Shown: in pieces, positions 1-12,259 of the stretch
Position numbering within the stretch: the stretch's first letter is position 1
Layout of the letters: every line of letters starts with the position of its first letter
DNA from: Stegostoma tigrinum
Taxonomy: Eukaryota
NCBI RefSeq assembly: GCF_030684315.1
Contig: NC_081387.1
Coordinates: 16,895,409 to 16,959,408, forward strand
Direction of reading: 5' to 3'
DNA length: 64,000 bases
Translations under genes and position numbers: made by a program
Notes under the pieces: model-generated
The model's database searches: none
What the model was told of the DNA's origin: nothing
The model's input: only the letters and a program-made list of their open reading frames with translations

Positions 1-545
1 AGGTTGGAGTGGACTGAGAAAGGAGTTTAAAAGACTGCTGAAGAGCAATGGCAGATGTTTTAAAAAGGTCATGACAACAAAGATATATCCCAGTGAGGAA
101 GAAGGATTCTAGAAAGGGTATAAACCAATCATGGTTAACTAATGAAGTTAAGGATAGTACAGTATCGTATTGAAAGGAGAAAAAAAAAGTAGCATGTGGC
201 AAAACACAGTGGTAAGCTAGAGAATTGGGAGGATCTATAAATGGGTGACCAAAAAAAATGTAATATAGAGGGAGAAAATAAACTGAGAGCAAACTGACAA
301 GTAATATTTGGCGGGGTGGGGGGGAATAGAATAGTATGAGCTTCCTTTTAAGTATAAGACAAAAAAGTGAGAGAAAGGCCAAAATGACACAGAAAGAGCA
401 CAGTGAACATAGTTCTTGGAGAATGAGGCTAGGACAATAAAAATGGCGAAGCAGGAATTAGCAGAGAAGGGGAACAAATATATCTGTCTCCATGGTGGAC
501 GATGCCTAACAGCATTTCAAACCTGCCAAATATTCAAGGGGCATA
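1..545 (+). mobile_element. Degraded CR1 LINE ORF2 fragment (endonuclease-RT linker)
   Basis: Recognisable decayed CR1 ORF2 wording (..caatggcagatgtttt.., ..catggttaactaatgaagttaaggatag..), with stops. Confidence 0.6.
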
Positions 546-689
546 AAATGGAGAAACATTGACGCTGTCAGTCAAGCTGTGAATTAACCGTCTCCCATTG
601 CAGTAATTTTCCTCCACAATGCGTTTTGATATAGTATTTCAATGCTGCCACAATTTAAAAAGTTAACTTTTTTGTTTTATGTTGTTCAG

Positions 690-995
690 ATGGAAAGGAC
701 CGTACATTTGGTGCTATTGGTTTGTCAGTTTTACTGGATCCTGAGTGTGAAGCTAATCTCAGCAACAGAGAAGTTTTATGGACATACACTGGCAGCAATG
801 GGAAGCCTGTAAATATTCTGGATTATGTGCCAAATTACACAAAAGCAGAACCAAATGAACGCTTTAGATCTCGTTTACATTTTAATACATCGAATGGGTC
901 CTTGATTTTAGAGAATTTAAAATCCAGTGACCAAGGCATTTTTGCCATTTTTGTAGATGGACAAAAGAAGTGGACTACAGATTTGCAAGTCATTG
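690..995 (+). CDS. Gene A exon: IgV-like domain lacking the canonical B-F disulfide (CD2/SLAM/CEACAM-type N-domain)
   Basis: Acceptor ttgttcag|A, donor G|GTAAGT; 306 nt, phase 1/1. Encodes GKDRTFGAIGLSVLLDP..EVLWTY..FRSRLHFNTSNGSLILENLKSSDQGIFAIFV..DLQVI, with V-set motifs W(C strand), R-L, NGSL, D-x-G-x-F. The signal exon must lie upstream of the window. Confidence 0.9.
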
Positions 996-1879
996 GTAAG
1001 TGTTTTCAATACTTTTCCTGATTTGGAACTGATACACATTTCAGCATAAGAACTATTCAGAATGTCGGTCAATAAGAATGCGATTGTTGTTCAGTCCCTC
1101 AATCCTGTTTGTCATACTCTTAAATCACGTTTGGTCTGTACTGTACCACACCTCCATTTACCTGTCTTTGGCCCTTATCTTCCACATTCATTACCCTTCC
1201 GAAATTCCTGTTGATCTCAATCTTGCAAATCCTAATTGACCCAGCAGCCACAGTTGCTGACAGTAGAATTCCACTGTTTTTATTCTCTGTAATGTTAAAA
1301 TGTTCCTCTGATTTTAGTGTAAAATGGCTTGAATCTAAATTTGCAATTATGAGTTAAATTATGCCAGAAGATTTGAACTAAGTATCAGGGAGATGCTTTG
1401 AAGTGGAGAAGTAAGGAAAATCTACATTGTAGTCCCTCTGAGACCCAGTAGAGTTTTCCTAAGGCGTGCTGCCCACATTTACTATTAGTACTCCCAAGTG
1501 GCGTCTAACCAGGGTTTTGGTTGACTGCAGCATAGTTCTGTATCCTTGTACTCTAATGCTCTAGCCATAAAGACCAGCATTCCATTAACTTCCTTGATTA
1601 TTTCCTGTATCTGTCAGTGACATTTTACAGATCTATGCATGTGAAACGCCCCCCGCCAAGTCTCTTTGGACGTCCGATGTAATTAATTTCATATCAACTG
1701 AACACTACCTTGATCTATCCCAAAATGGATAACTTCACACTTGCTTGCACTCAACTCCATCTGCCACAATTGGGTCTATTCATTTTTTTTTCAGTCAGTA
1801 TCCCTTTGTAATTTTATGCTACATTCTTCCTGCTCAGTGTCCTCATTTTCCTCAGACTGCGCCACAATTCCCAGCTCTT

Positions 1880-2114
1880 TGGCCTCCATCCATCCCCTCG
1901 CTTTTTCGCTCCCACAATTGTGTGCAGAATGGCAGGCTGAGATTATGTAGCGGAGCCTGGCCTCCATCCATCCCCTCGCTTTTTCGCTCCTGCAATTGTG
2001 TGCAGAATGGCAGGCTGAGATTATGTAGCGGAGCCTGGCCTCCATCCATCCCCTCGCTTTTTCGCTCCTGCAATTGTGTGCAGTATGGCAGGCTGAGATT
2101 ATGTAGCGGAGTCT
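1880..2114. repeat. Minisatellite, 3 x 78 bp
   Basis: Unit ggcctccatccatcccctcgctttttcgctcc...attatgtagcggagcct starts at 1881, 1959 and 2037; copies nearly identical. Confidence 0.95.
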
Positions 2115-2699
2115 GTATGGAGTGTATTGCAAAGTTTTCCCATTTCCAGTCCAAGCACTGAAGCCTCATCTTCAGCAAGCCTATTGTCTGCTCCATGATG
2201 ATTCTAGTTGAGGAATGGGCTGTGTGTTTTTTTTTTCTACGCTCACCCTAAGTCAATGGGATATGTAGTGAAGTCATTAGCTAAAGATGAGGTTGGCACT
2301 TTGTCTGCCAGTAACCGTCCTGCTCTCGAATTGAAACAGGAGCACGGATGTTCTTGAGCATCTCGGCATTCTGACGGCTCCCATGCCGCCCACCAGCTTG
2401 CCTACTCTTGATGACCGTTTGCAATACTTTCATGTTTTTTGTCATCTGCAGAATATGCCCTGTACGATCCAAATCTAGGTTTTTAATATGACTGAGGAAT
2501 GCAGTGTGTCCAAGAAGGAACCCCTGGGGTTCCTCCACAGTAAAACTTCACCCAGTCCAAAAAAGCGAACTGCTCACTACTACTGTTTGCTGTCCCTCTG
2601 GGTATGTTGTTTCTATGTGAACTCTGACCTCTGGGCTTTAGTTTGCTAATAAGTCTGTTGTGTGGCCCCCTTATCAAATGCTTTATTAAGCTCAAGAGG

Positions 2700-3145
2700 A
2701 TTCAGAAGAGATTTGCCAGGATGTTGTTGGGTATGGAAGGTTTGAGTTATAAAGAAAGGCAGGGACTTTTTCACTGGAGCGTAGGAAGTGGAGATTTTTA
2801 TAGAGATTTGTGAAATCATGAGGGGTATAGATAGGGTTAATGGTTGGTATCTTTATAAGATGGTGGGTTGTTTTTAAAGAGTGGAAGGAGGAGGTGAGAG
2901 GAGAAACATTTAACAAACCCTTCACACAGGGTGGTTCACGTGTGGAATGAGCTTCCTGAGCAAGTGGTGGATGAGGGCGCTGGAAAACACTTTAAAAAGA
3001 CACTTAAATAAGTACATGAATAGGAAATGTTTGGAGGTATATGGACCAGGAACAAGATGGTGGGACTACTTTATTTTGGGTTATGGTCGGCATGAGCTGG
3101 TTGGACCGAAGGTTCTGTTTCAGTGCTGTATATCTCTATGGACTC
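2700..3145 (+). mobile_element. CR1 LINE 3' end
   Basis: Decayed ORF2 C-terminus followed by the tail ggaccgaagg..ctgtttcagtgctgtatatctctatg. Confidence 0.8.
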
Positions 3146-3560
3146 TATTTACAACACGAAATTTATTAGAAATACAAATTAAGCTCATTGAACATGAATG
3201 TGCTCTTAACAAGTCTGTATCAACCTTTCTTCATTCCCCTTCCGAGAGAATGTTGGCTAGCTAGTGAGACCCACTTCTCCTAATTGAAGAAAACAATTAA
3301 CCCACCCTGAGCCCAAGATAAATTTGACAGTCACTTGGAGACTATTTCTAACTGCTCCACCACCACTGAGGTTAAACCGATGAACCTGAGTTTATCATTG
3401 CAGCCTTTTATTTTGAACAGAAGGTAGAATTTGAAATTCCTCAATCCACTGATACCAGTTCTGTATGTAAGAACCCTTGGACCAGAGCCTCTGTCATTTC
3501 CAACCTTCATTCCCCATATTTTGTTGCATGCAGCTCCATCCAGTCCTGGTAACTTTACAA

Positions 3561-3663
3561 GGGTCCCAACCCGAAACGTCAAGCTTTCCTGCTGCTTGGC
3601 CTGCTGTGTTCATCCAGCTCTAACCGTGTTATCTCAGATCAGCATTGGCAGTTCCTACTATCT
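3561..3663 (+). mobile_element. Short PLE terminal-repeat fragment with 15-bp TSD
   Basis: ctggtaactttacaa at 3546-3560 and 3664-3678 flanks cccgaaacgtcaagc..ctactatct. Confidence 0.8.
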
Positions 3664-3934
3664 CTGGTAACTTTACAATTCTGCTTTTAATTTTATCAAT
3701 TTCTGGTAGTTATTTATCAATTTTTAGCACACCCTGTGCTTTAATGATATTCGCTTTCACGATGCTGGGGTAGTATTCTCTTCCTCCATTAGGACAGATG
3801 CAAAGTATTTAATTAATATCATCTATACTTTTTTATTTCCTTCCTTCCTTTTGACCTGTACTTGGCCCCATTCATCTCTTTAGTCCTGTTATACTACTCA
3901 TGTGGTGATAGAAGGCTTGGGATGCCATTCATTT

Positions 3935-4235
3935 ATGTCTTAAGATTTGAGGCCTGGCTTGTGGATGTTGAGGTTGGTTGGCTCGCTGAGCTGGTTCGCT
4001 GTTCCGCAGATGTTTCATTACCCTGCTGGGTATCATCATCAGTGCAGCCTCCAATTAAGTGCTGCTATGTTTTCCCACGTGTCCTTTAAACTCTGGGGTC
4101 CGTGGAGCTGGATTACCTCACTTCCGGTTTTCTTTCACAGTGGAGTGAATACAGGGTCAATCTCTGTTTGTTGATGGCTTTCTTCACGGAGTACCATGCT
4201 TCTAGGAATTCCCGTGCTTGTCTCTGCTTTGCTTG
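3935..4235 (-). mobile_element. Penelope-like element 3' fragment (Poseidon-type C-terminus) with decayed hammerhead
   Basis: Minus strand encodes GQAKQRQAREFLEAWYS. Motif GCA-CTGATGA..GAAAC-ATC-TGC at about 4006-4045. Confidence 0.75.
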
Positions 4236-4244
4236 TCCCAGGAT

Positions 4245-4700
4245 CCCTTCCTGTTCATACACCCAGCTGGATGCATTGTAAACATTGTAATTGTACCAGC
4301 CACCACTTCCTCTGGCAGCTCATTCCATACCCACGCAACCTTTAGCATGAAACATTTTCCCCTTGGTTCCCTTTTAAATCTTCCCCCTCTCACCTTCAAC
4401 CTATGCTCCTCTAGTTATGGGCTTCCCTATCCTCAGAAACAGATCTTGACTATTCGCCCTATCTATGCCCCTCATTATTCTATAAGCCTCTGAAGTCATC
4501 GCTCAGCCTCCAATGCTCCAAAGAAAATATTCACCCTGTACCTATAGTTCAAACCCTACAACCCAGGCAACATCCTTGTAAATCTTTCCTGAACCTTTTC
4601 AAGTTTTGCAACATCTTTCCTATAGCAGGGAGGCCAGAATTGTATGCCATATGCTGAATGTGGCCTCACCAATGTCCTGCATAGCCACAATGTGACCTAA
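4245..4700 (-). mobile_element. CR1 LINE 3' fragment
   Basis: ORF 4202-4399 KVRGGRFKREPRGKCF..VWNELPEEVV is a CR1 ORF2 C-terminus. Confidence 0.8.
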
Positions 4701-4985
4701 TAGAATCATAGAATCGCTACAGTGTGGAAACAGGCCCTTCTGCCCAACAAGTCAATGCTGACCCTTGGAACAACCCGCCTAATCTACACATTCCTGGCCA
4801 CTATGGGTGATTTTTCATGGCCAATCCACCTAGCCTGCACATCTTTGGACTGTGGGAGGAAACCGGAGCACCCAGAGGAAACCCATGCAGACACGGGGAG
4901 AATGTGCAAACTCCACACAGTCAGTCGCCCCAGGGGTGGAATTAAACCCAGGTCCCTGGCTAACCACTGAGCCACCGTGACGCAC
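4700..4985 (-). mobile_element. HE1-type V-SINE
   Basis: tRNA-like head cacggtggctcagtggttagc, V-domain gtgtggagtttgcacattctccccgtgtctgc, tail gattctatgattcta. Confidence 0.9.
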
Positions 4986-5653
4986 GTTTTCTCCCACTAA
5001 ACTAAAACCAAGAATTGAGGATGCTGAAAATCTGAAACAAAAACAGCGATGAAGCCCTTAAAGGTCACTTGACCTGAATCATTGATTCCATTTTTTTTCT
5101 CCACAGATGCTGCCAGACCTGCTGAGTTTCTCCAGCAGCTTCTTATTTCTCACTTCCCTTCCACTGTTTATTTTCTCACAATGACCTTGCATTTTTTTCA
5201 CATTAGCTGGCATCTGCCTGTCCTCCTGTAGTATTTAGTAGCCCACCATAGTTAAGAGAGGGAATAACAGAGGAGGTAGTTGAGAGCATAAATTAGCAAT
5301 GGTTAGGAAACCAGCCCCTTTCCCAGGTTCCAACATGCTGCGATTCCAGGTAATTTGGGAGAAATGGTGAGTTGAGACCCTTGGGTCATTTTTAATTGAC
5401 CACTTTGGGGGCATGACCTGGTGGCGAGTTGCAAAGTGCCTCAAACACTTTAATTGGAGAGAAGGGTTTCAAAAACTTTGCCAGGGTCAACTCAACATCT
5501 TTTCTCACAACCGCTTCCAGGGAGGGGAAATTTCCGCTGGCCTCCGTAAGGAGACGGCTGAGGATTTGAGCAGCAGGTAAGCTGGAGAAAGGACGGTGCT
5601 GGCGGCTGTCATCGCACTTAGCCGTTCATCTGTTCATTCATTCGCCCCCACAG

Positions 5654-5923
5654 AACCGCTGTCGAAACCGTTGATCTTCAGTAATTCCTCCTTTGTGGAT
5701 ACAACCATTGAACTGACTTGTCAAGTGCTTCGGGGGAATGCAACTTCCATTCTGTGGTGGAAAGATGGCACTTTGTTACCCGATAATCAGCACTTCCTGT
5801 TACTGCAAAACAACAGCAGATTGATTATTTCTGCAGCCAAAAAATCCGACTGTGGCATCTACACTTGCGCTGTGGAAAACCCTGTCAGCAAGAAGAATAA
5901 TACATATTTGCTTCCTGTTTACG
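5654..5923 (+). CDS. Gene A exon: IgC2 domain
   Basis: cccacag|AA ... G|GTGAGT; 270 nt, phase 1/1. EPLSKPLI..LTC..WWKDG..DCGIYTCAVENPVS..LPVY is the typical C2 signature of the CD2/SLAM/CEACAM families. Confidence 0.93.
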
Positions 5924-6109
5924 GTGAGTCAAACCATTCAGCCAATTCCGTGGACAGCTGAGCTCCTCCTTTTCAAGTGTGGCAGAGGAACTTGTAAGAG
6001 CTAATTGGTGGAGAAAAGATGTGAATGAGAACAGATGCGGGGAAAAGGTTCAGAGCTGACACTTGCTCGTTCCAGGTGGAAACAGCAATTTAACACGGAC
6101 ATTATCTGT

Positions 6110-6557
6110 CATGTTTGGAAGCAGGCCATTTGGCCCATTTGAGTCCACACTGACCCTCTGAAGACCATCCAATCTAGTCCCACCCTCTACCCTATCCATG
6201 TAACCCTGCCTGGCTCACATTGCCTAGCCACTATTGTCAATGTAGCATGGCCAGTCCAACTAACCCGCACATCTTTGCGTGGGATAACAAGGTGTGGAGC
6301 TGGATGAACGCAGCGGGCCAAGCAGTGTCAGCTTTCCTGCTCCTCTGATGCTGCTTGGCCTGCTGCGTACATCCAGCTCCACACCTTGTTATTTCAGATT
6401 CTCCAGCATCTGCAGTTCCTACCAGCTCTGAAACATCTTTTGCGTGGGTCCATTCTGGGTGCAGACATGGGGAGAAAGCCACCCGAGGCTGGAATTGAAC
6501 CCCGCTCCCTGGTGCTGTGTGGCGGCGGTGCTAATCACTGAACCACCGTGCTGCCCA
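6110..6557 (-). mobile_element. HE1-type SINE interrupted by a PLE hairpin (6284-6432)
   Basis: SINE head at 6490-6557. The nested insert is flanked by a duplicated acatctt(t)tgcgtggg. Confidence 0.8.
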
Positions 6558-8668
6558 AGAGTAATATCTAATTCTATGTGACACCATCTCTTGTGGCAGT
6601 GATCAAGCTGTTGGAGCATGGATCTGGAAAGCTGAGCTTGTGTTCACTTGAGCCTGGAATGACGGGAGAGGTTTGATTTGAATTTATTGAGTTCCTGAAT
6701 GATTTTGAGGTGCGCCCGGGAAAAAATGGTGACTCCTGATCTAGGCAGCAGTATTTTTAAAATGTTTTCATGTTTAGAGGTTTAGGTGGCTTTGGAACTC
6801 TCTGACTCAGAAGGCAATGAAGCAGTGTCATTGAATTTTTTTAAAATTAGATTTAGATTCTTAATAGGCAAGAGAATCAAATGTTGGGGAGAGATGGTAA
6901 TATGGAATTTGGAAGACAGACAGATCAGCCATTAACTTTATTGAATGGAAGAGCAGGTCTGGAGGGCTGAATGGCCTTCAGTTCCAATTCGAATGTTTAG
7001 GTGTATCTCTGCCTTAAAGAACAACCCCTTACATTATTCTCAAGTAACTTCAGGTTAGAATCCCTAGGGGGCAGATTGAGGGTATTTAGCCCATCGAGTC
7101 TGCAGTGACCCTCCGAAGAGCATCCCAGCCTACCCTCATAAGCCCACATTTACCCGAGTTAACCCACCTCGCCCACATACTGCAGGGCAGTTTAACATAG
7201 CGAATCCACCTAACCATTAGGTTCTCCTTTCTTTTGCAAAAGGAAACATCTTTTCTATAGACAAGTCATTGAGTCACCTCTTGCTTCTTCTTAAACCCAG
7301 TAGATACAAGCCTAGCTTTCCTCCTAAGACAGTCCATCCATTTCTGATTATCTGTCTTGTAAACCTTACCTGAATCACTTTTCAATATATTTAGATCCTG
7401 TTTTTAAATTAGGAGATCCAGTCTGTGCATTGTACTCCAAATGTAATCTCTCAAATGTCTTTTCTAATCAAATCATTAACTCCTCATTTTTGTATTCAAT
7501 TTCCATTGTAATAAACGGTCAGGTCCATCAGCTTTCTGAAATACTGGAAGTACTTGCATATTTAACCTTTTTGGCAATTCATGCATGAGAGCACCCAGAT
7601 GCCGCTGCATCTCAGAACTCTTCAATTCTCTCACCATTTCGATAACATCTTTAGAGATAGAAAAAAAACTGAAGATGTTGGAATCCGAGGAGGCTGGAAG
7701 AAGGCAGCAGGTTGGGCAGCATCTGGGGGAAAGGAGCAGTCACCATTTTGGGTATTACCCTTCTTCAGGACTTAGGTAACATCTTTGTTTGGAGACTCAC
7801 CAGCATTCCCACTAAACTGGAGTTATGAATTCCCTGGGAAACTGCACAAATAGGCACATAGCCTCTGCTTCCTGAAAAATCTGCTCAGCGGCAGAAAATG
7901 TGCGAAGGACGTTTTGAGGACCACGCGTCCTGGTTGGCTGTCTCTACCTGGTGCTGTGCCTTTACCTCTGCGAGAAGAGAAAACAATTCTTTTGAATCTC
8001 AAAAAAAAAACAAGTCACGTGTGGAAAAGGAATAATCCCAACATTTGTTGGGGTGGTGGGGGTATTGTTTTGAAGAATGGGTTTGAAATGACAGAGAGGT
8101 AAAAGGGAGTGGGAGAGCTGCTCAGATTTGGATGTGAGAAGATGAGGAGAGAGAGCAAGACATACGAATCATTGGCGTTTCAAGGTGAGCTGCTCTGAGG
8201 AGCGCTGTGCAGGAGAGTGCTGAGAAAGTCTGACTGTAAGGGATTGAGAATCGATAATTCACCTTTCCTGGTCTCAGGAGGTCACTGAATTTTTCGCGCA
8301 GCGTTGAATCCAGGTTTGATGGACCATGCTTCTGTCAGCTCTACCTTTATCCATTTGTTCTTTTGAGGCTGGCCTCTTTCTCTTGCCTCTGGCTAATGAA
8401 GCTTTAACGGGATCTCTTGGGACCTCCGTCAGGGAGCCAGTGAGTAGGGGACAGCCTTCCCATACATTACTTCTGCTCTCAGTATGTGGTGTCTCACTTT
8501 GGTAAAGGTTGAATGCAAGGTTACTTGAAAGATTTAGTCGTGCCTGTTTGGAAGTGTTCTTTTTCCATCGCAGTAGATTTGAGAACCACATCCAGGTGGC
8601 AAGGGGAATCTGAATTTTTAACCTAGTTTGAAAAGAGCATAATTTTAAAATAATATTTTCCATTTCAG

Positions 8669-8785
8669 GTCTTTCACAGTGGCATTACTGCACCTTGGGA
8701 TTGTCCATCGCTACGCTGATTAATCTTGCTGTTGTTTCTTTAATCCACAAGATTACTTTGTGTGTACAGCAAGCCAAAATACCAT
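8669..8785 (+). CDS. Gene A exon: TM1
   Basis: tttcag|GT ... T|GTAAGA; 117 nt, phase 1/1. GLSQWHYCTLGLSIATLINLAVVSLIHKITLCVQQAKIP, homologous to gene B exon 48188-48295 (LSQ..CTLGLSI). Confidence 0.82.
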
Positions 8786-8893
8786 GTAAGAGAATTTTAC
8801 TGCCTTGACAATTTTTGTTGCTAGCTTGAATTTAATAAAATAGATCCTGAGAAGCATTTTGAAATTGAGATTAAATTCTGATTTACTCGACAG

Positions 8894-9040
8894 ATGAGAG
8901 AGGCGAACGTAATGATGGGAAAACAGGCACAAATGTAGGGTTGAAGTTACCTGAATGCGTAGAAAAATTCTTGCAGCTCCTCCTGAAGCTTTCATTTCTC
9001 CTTCTTTTGGCTGCATTTGTGTTTTGGATGTATATCGAAG
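8894..9040 (+). CDS. Gene A exon: cytoplasmic loop plus TM2
   Basis: cgacag|AT ... G|GTAATG; 147 nt, phase 1/1, open. YERGERNDGKTGTNVGLKLPECVEKFLQLLLKLSFLLLLAAFVFWMYIE; the C-terminal half matches gene B exon 48488-48571. Confidence 0.78.
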
Positions 9041-9934
9041 GTAATGTATGTGCTCCTTGGAAGCAAAAGAAAACAGAAAAAGCTGGAGAAACTCAGCAGG
9101 TTTGGAATTCGTAGTGAGAGAGAGAGTTTTAATATTGAGTCTGATGTTCTGGAGTTCTAAAGAATCACAACACTTGATGGAAGAATTCCAGTTTAATTTA
9201 GTTTTAACAAGTTAATTGATCAAGGTTCCTTTTTTTTAAAGAAAAGTCACAATCCCATTTAGGACTGTTACGAGTGATGTTTTGCCTTTTCAGTATCTGC
9301 TTCCAGTTTGACTTTAAGGAATGGTATGTGCAGCTGAGTGTGTATAATTCTTCCCTTTTTAGGTGTGAAATTTTGGGATCAGGTTCCTCTGCACCACTGT
9401 ACAAAATAGAATGGAAATGATACAGCACAGAAGGGGCCTTTTGGTCACCCTGTCCATGCAAATCCAGAGAAACCCAGGTGCTCTTTTGAATCCCATCCTC
9501 CTGCGCAAGACCTCATAACTTTACAGTCTATAGCACTTAAGTAGCCCATCCAGGTATGTTCCTAAAATGTATTTAGGATCTCTGCCTCCACCATCATCTC
9601 AAGCAGTGAATTCCAGACACCCACCATCCTATGTCCTTAAAACAAAAAAGTTTCCCTTGCATCCCCTCTAAACCTTCTGCCACTTAGCTTCGATCTATGA
9701 CCCCTGGTTTTTGAACACTCTGCTAAGGTAAACATGTTCATTTTGAGGTACATTTATAGCCTTCATGGGAATGCAGTTAGTTTGTTCATGATTAGAAAAT
9801 GCCTTTTGTATTACAACTGGATTGAAACTACAATAAGCAGTGTCAAAATTCTGCTGTATTTTCTGCAAAGCCAGTTTTACATGTATTTAGAAGTTTAAAA
9901 TAACATGTATACAGTGACTGTATTTGTTGTTCAT

Positions 9935-10495
9935 ATAATGTGGTCGCCTCTACATTAGGGAGATGGAACATAGACTGCTTTGTGGAACACCTACGTTCTG
10001 TTAGTTTAAAAATAACCTGAGCTTCCAGTTGCTTGGCACTTCAACATGCCACTAGGTTTCCGACAATCATATTTCTGACTCCAGCCTGCCGCATTGCTCC
10101 AGTAAGGCTTGGTGGAAGCAGAAGGAACAACTTTTTATTTTGTCTGGGGACCTTACAGCCTTCAGGACTCAATATTGAGTTAAATCATTTTAAAGCCTGA
10201 ACATGACCTTCCATGTCTTTTACTGACCGCCATACCTTGGGACCTGTCACTGACATGGGCTGCTTTCAGCAAACCAGCCCACCCTTATTTGTCCAAATAT
10301 CACCTATTGAGCTTTTTCATTTTCCTTGGCTTACTGTCAACAATCCCTTTGTCTTCTACTGTTTTTTAACCTCTTTCAGTTCCATCTCCACCTCTCTACA
10401 CTCTCCTTTCTCCCACCAACCCCTCTCATTCCCACATCATCAGTATACATACTACCTTTTCCCAGCTGCCATGAGTTCTGAGGAAGGATATGAAG
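9935..10495 (+). mobile_element. Old Penelope GIY-YIG 3' fragment
   Basis: Decayed CGRLYI..ELPVAWHFN..LGTLQPSGLNIE, ending in a ttctgaggaagg hammerhead remnant. Confidence 0.7.
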
Positions 10496-10897
10496 ACATT
10501 CTGTATGATCTGAAATCAGGAATGGCTTGCAATACAGCTCATTTCTCAATATTGTCCAGTCATCTGATCAGTGAAGGTCGTATTTTATTGTCCATTGACT
10601 GACTCCCAAATGAAGCTACAAAAACCATCATGAATCGTGATATAAAACACAAATATTGGAGAAACTCAGCAACTGTGGAAAATAAAACAGTTAATGTTTC
10701 AAGTCTAGTATGACTTCAAAATTTTTACTGATAAATAGTAACATTGCATTGGTTTTGTTACGGTATTGTAACTACAGAAATGATAGTCATGTGTATGCTA
10801 CATATTATTCTCGTTTCGAATGGCACTTTGAACTTCATAACTTTGTTTTTCTTGAATAGGTGAATGTATAATTTTATTTACTCTGTTCTTTTCATAG

Positions 10898-10993
10898 GAT
10901 TTGCTGTAATCACTGTGATCACAGTGGTGTTTCTGACTCTGTTTCTAATTCCAACTGCAATATGGAGCAGAAATAACCAGAACAACTCAGCAG
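10898..10993 (+). CDS. Gene A exon: TM3, 5' part (runs into a Penelope insertion)
   Basis: ttcatag|GA; GFAVITVITVVFLTLFLIPTAIW aligns with gene B EVATIIVIVLVVLCLLLIPTVLL. The 3' boundary is an inferred cryptic donor CAG|GTCTGT inside the repeat. Confidence 0.65.
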
Positions 10994-11493
10994 GTCTGTC
11001 AAGAGAAATCAGAGTTAACATTTTGGGATCCAATGGCCCTTCTTCAAAATTGATGGTAGCTGGGAAAACATATTCTTTTTTATCCCCTTGTGCAGAAGAT
11101 AGCGTCGGGGGAGGGGGGTAAGGGGTAAATAATAGGTGAGGGATAGAGCCCAAAGAACGAGAGACACGCCCAAAGGATGGGTAATGGTCAGCCTAGGGTA
11201 ATGCATGGCTGTTAATGGGGACGACAGGGGCTCACTATTGGCTGTGTGCAACAGCAGATCATGTGAATGCAAGGCCTAGTGTGTGAGGATTGGGTAAGGA
11301 TATGAGAGAAGTTGTCTTATGCCCTAAAATTTTTGAACTCGATATTGAGTCCAGAAGGCTGTAGAGTTCCCAAGCAGAAAATCAGATACCATTCTTCTGT
11401 CTTGCACTGAGTTTCATTGGAGTGCTGCAGCTAGACAGATGTTGGCCAGGGAGCAAGGTGGTTTGTTGAAGTGGCAGGCAACAGGAAGTTCAG
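10965..11493 (-). mobile_element. Penelope 3' fragment inserted within the gene A TM3 exon
   Basis: Minus strand reads ELPVACHFNKPPCSLANI..YLIFCLGTLQPSGLNIEFKNF. Terminal repeat ctcagcaggtctg..agagttaacatttt at the left end. Confidence 0.8.
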
Positions 11494-11535
11494 ATTGTTG
11501 GCTTTTTAAGAAGGCTTGCACCCTGAACTGGATGG
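11494..11535 (+). CDS. Gene A: remainder of the TM3 exon after the insertion
   Basis: Begins where the PLE remnant ends (ttcag|AT). Reads DCWLFKKACTLNWM and ends at a strong phase-1 donor G|GTAAGA; 42 nt. The acceptor has a poor pyrimidine tract. Confidence 0.5.
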
Positions 11536-11840
11536 GTAAGATTTCCAAGTCTAAATGTACATTCAGACATGTTACGACCATGCAATCAAAACCCTCATGT
11601 TAAGTTTGTGGAAGTGGTTGAGCAGCAGTGTATAAAGGAAGGAGAGGAGGGAGTTGAAAAATTTTGTGAGTTATCATCGTCAATGATGCCTTTCAAATTT
11701 GGTCTTGTTCTGCTAAAACCCGGGATGTGGTAGAAGTCCACACGTGTACTTCAGAGACAAGAAAATATCTCTAAAGTGCCGCATTGTCCCCAGGTTTCTT
11801 TGGCAGACCCTTATTCTTAAAAATAAACTCAGATATTCCA

Positions 11841-12259
11841 CAACCAGCCCAGCTCTTCCCCCCCCACCCATTGCATCCCAAAACCAGTCCAACCTGTCTC
11901 TGCCTCCCTAACCGGTTCTTCCTCTCACCCATCCCTTCCTCCCACCCCAAGCCGCACCCCCCGCTACCTACTAACCTCATCCCACCTCCTTGACCTGTCC
12001 GTCTTCCCTGGACTGACCTATCCCCTCCCTACCTCCCCACCTACACTCTCTCCACCTATCTTCTTTACTCTCCATCTTCGGTCCGCCTCCCCCTCTCTCC
12101 CTATTTATTCCAGTTCCCTCCCCCCATCCCCCTCTCTGATGAAGGGTCTAGGCCCGAAACGTCAGCTTTTGTGCTCCTGAGATGCTGCTTGGCCTGCTGT
12201 GTTCGTCCAGCCTCACATTTTATTATCTTGGAATCTCCAGCATCTGCAGTTCCCATCAT
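11841..12259 (+). mobile_element. Young Neptune-type PLE terminal repeat with 13-bp TSD
   Basis: Near-identical to copies at 31468-31945 and 62990-63406. ctcagatattcca at 11828-11840 and 12260-12272. Confidence 0.9.
12136..12163 (+). ncRNA. Minimal type-I hammerhead ribozyme motif (PLE)
   Basis: CTGATGA-A-GGG-tctagg-CCC-GAAAC-GTC. Also at 14588-14615, 31816-31843, 63321-63348 (+) and 30540-30567, 62562-62589 (-). Helix I is only about 2 bp. Confidence 0.7.

Noticed and set aside
1745-2196. Repetitive ORFs on both strands
   Set aside because: A by-product of the 78-bp (multiple of 3) minisatellite.
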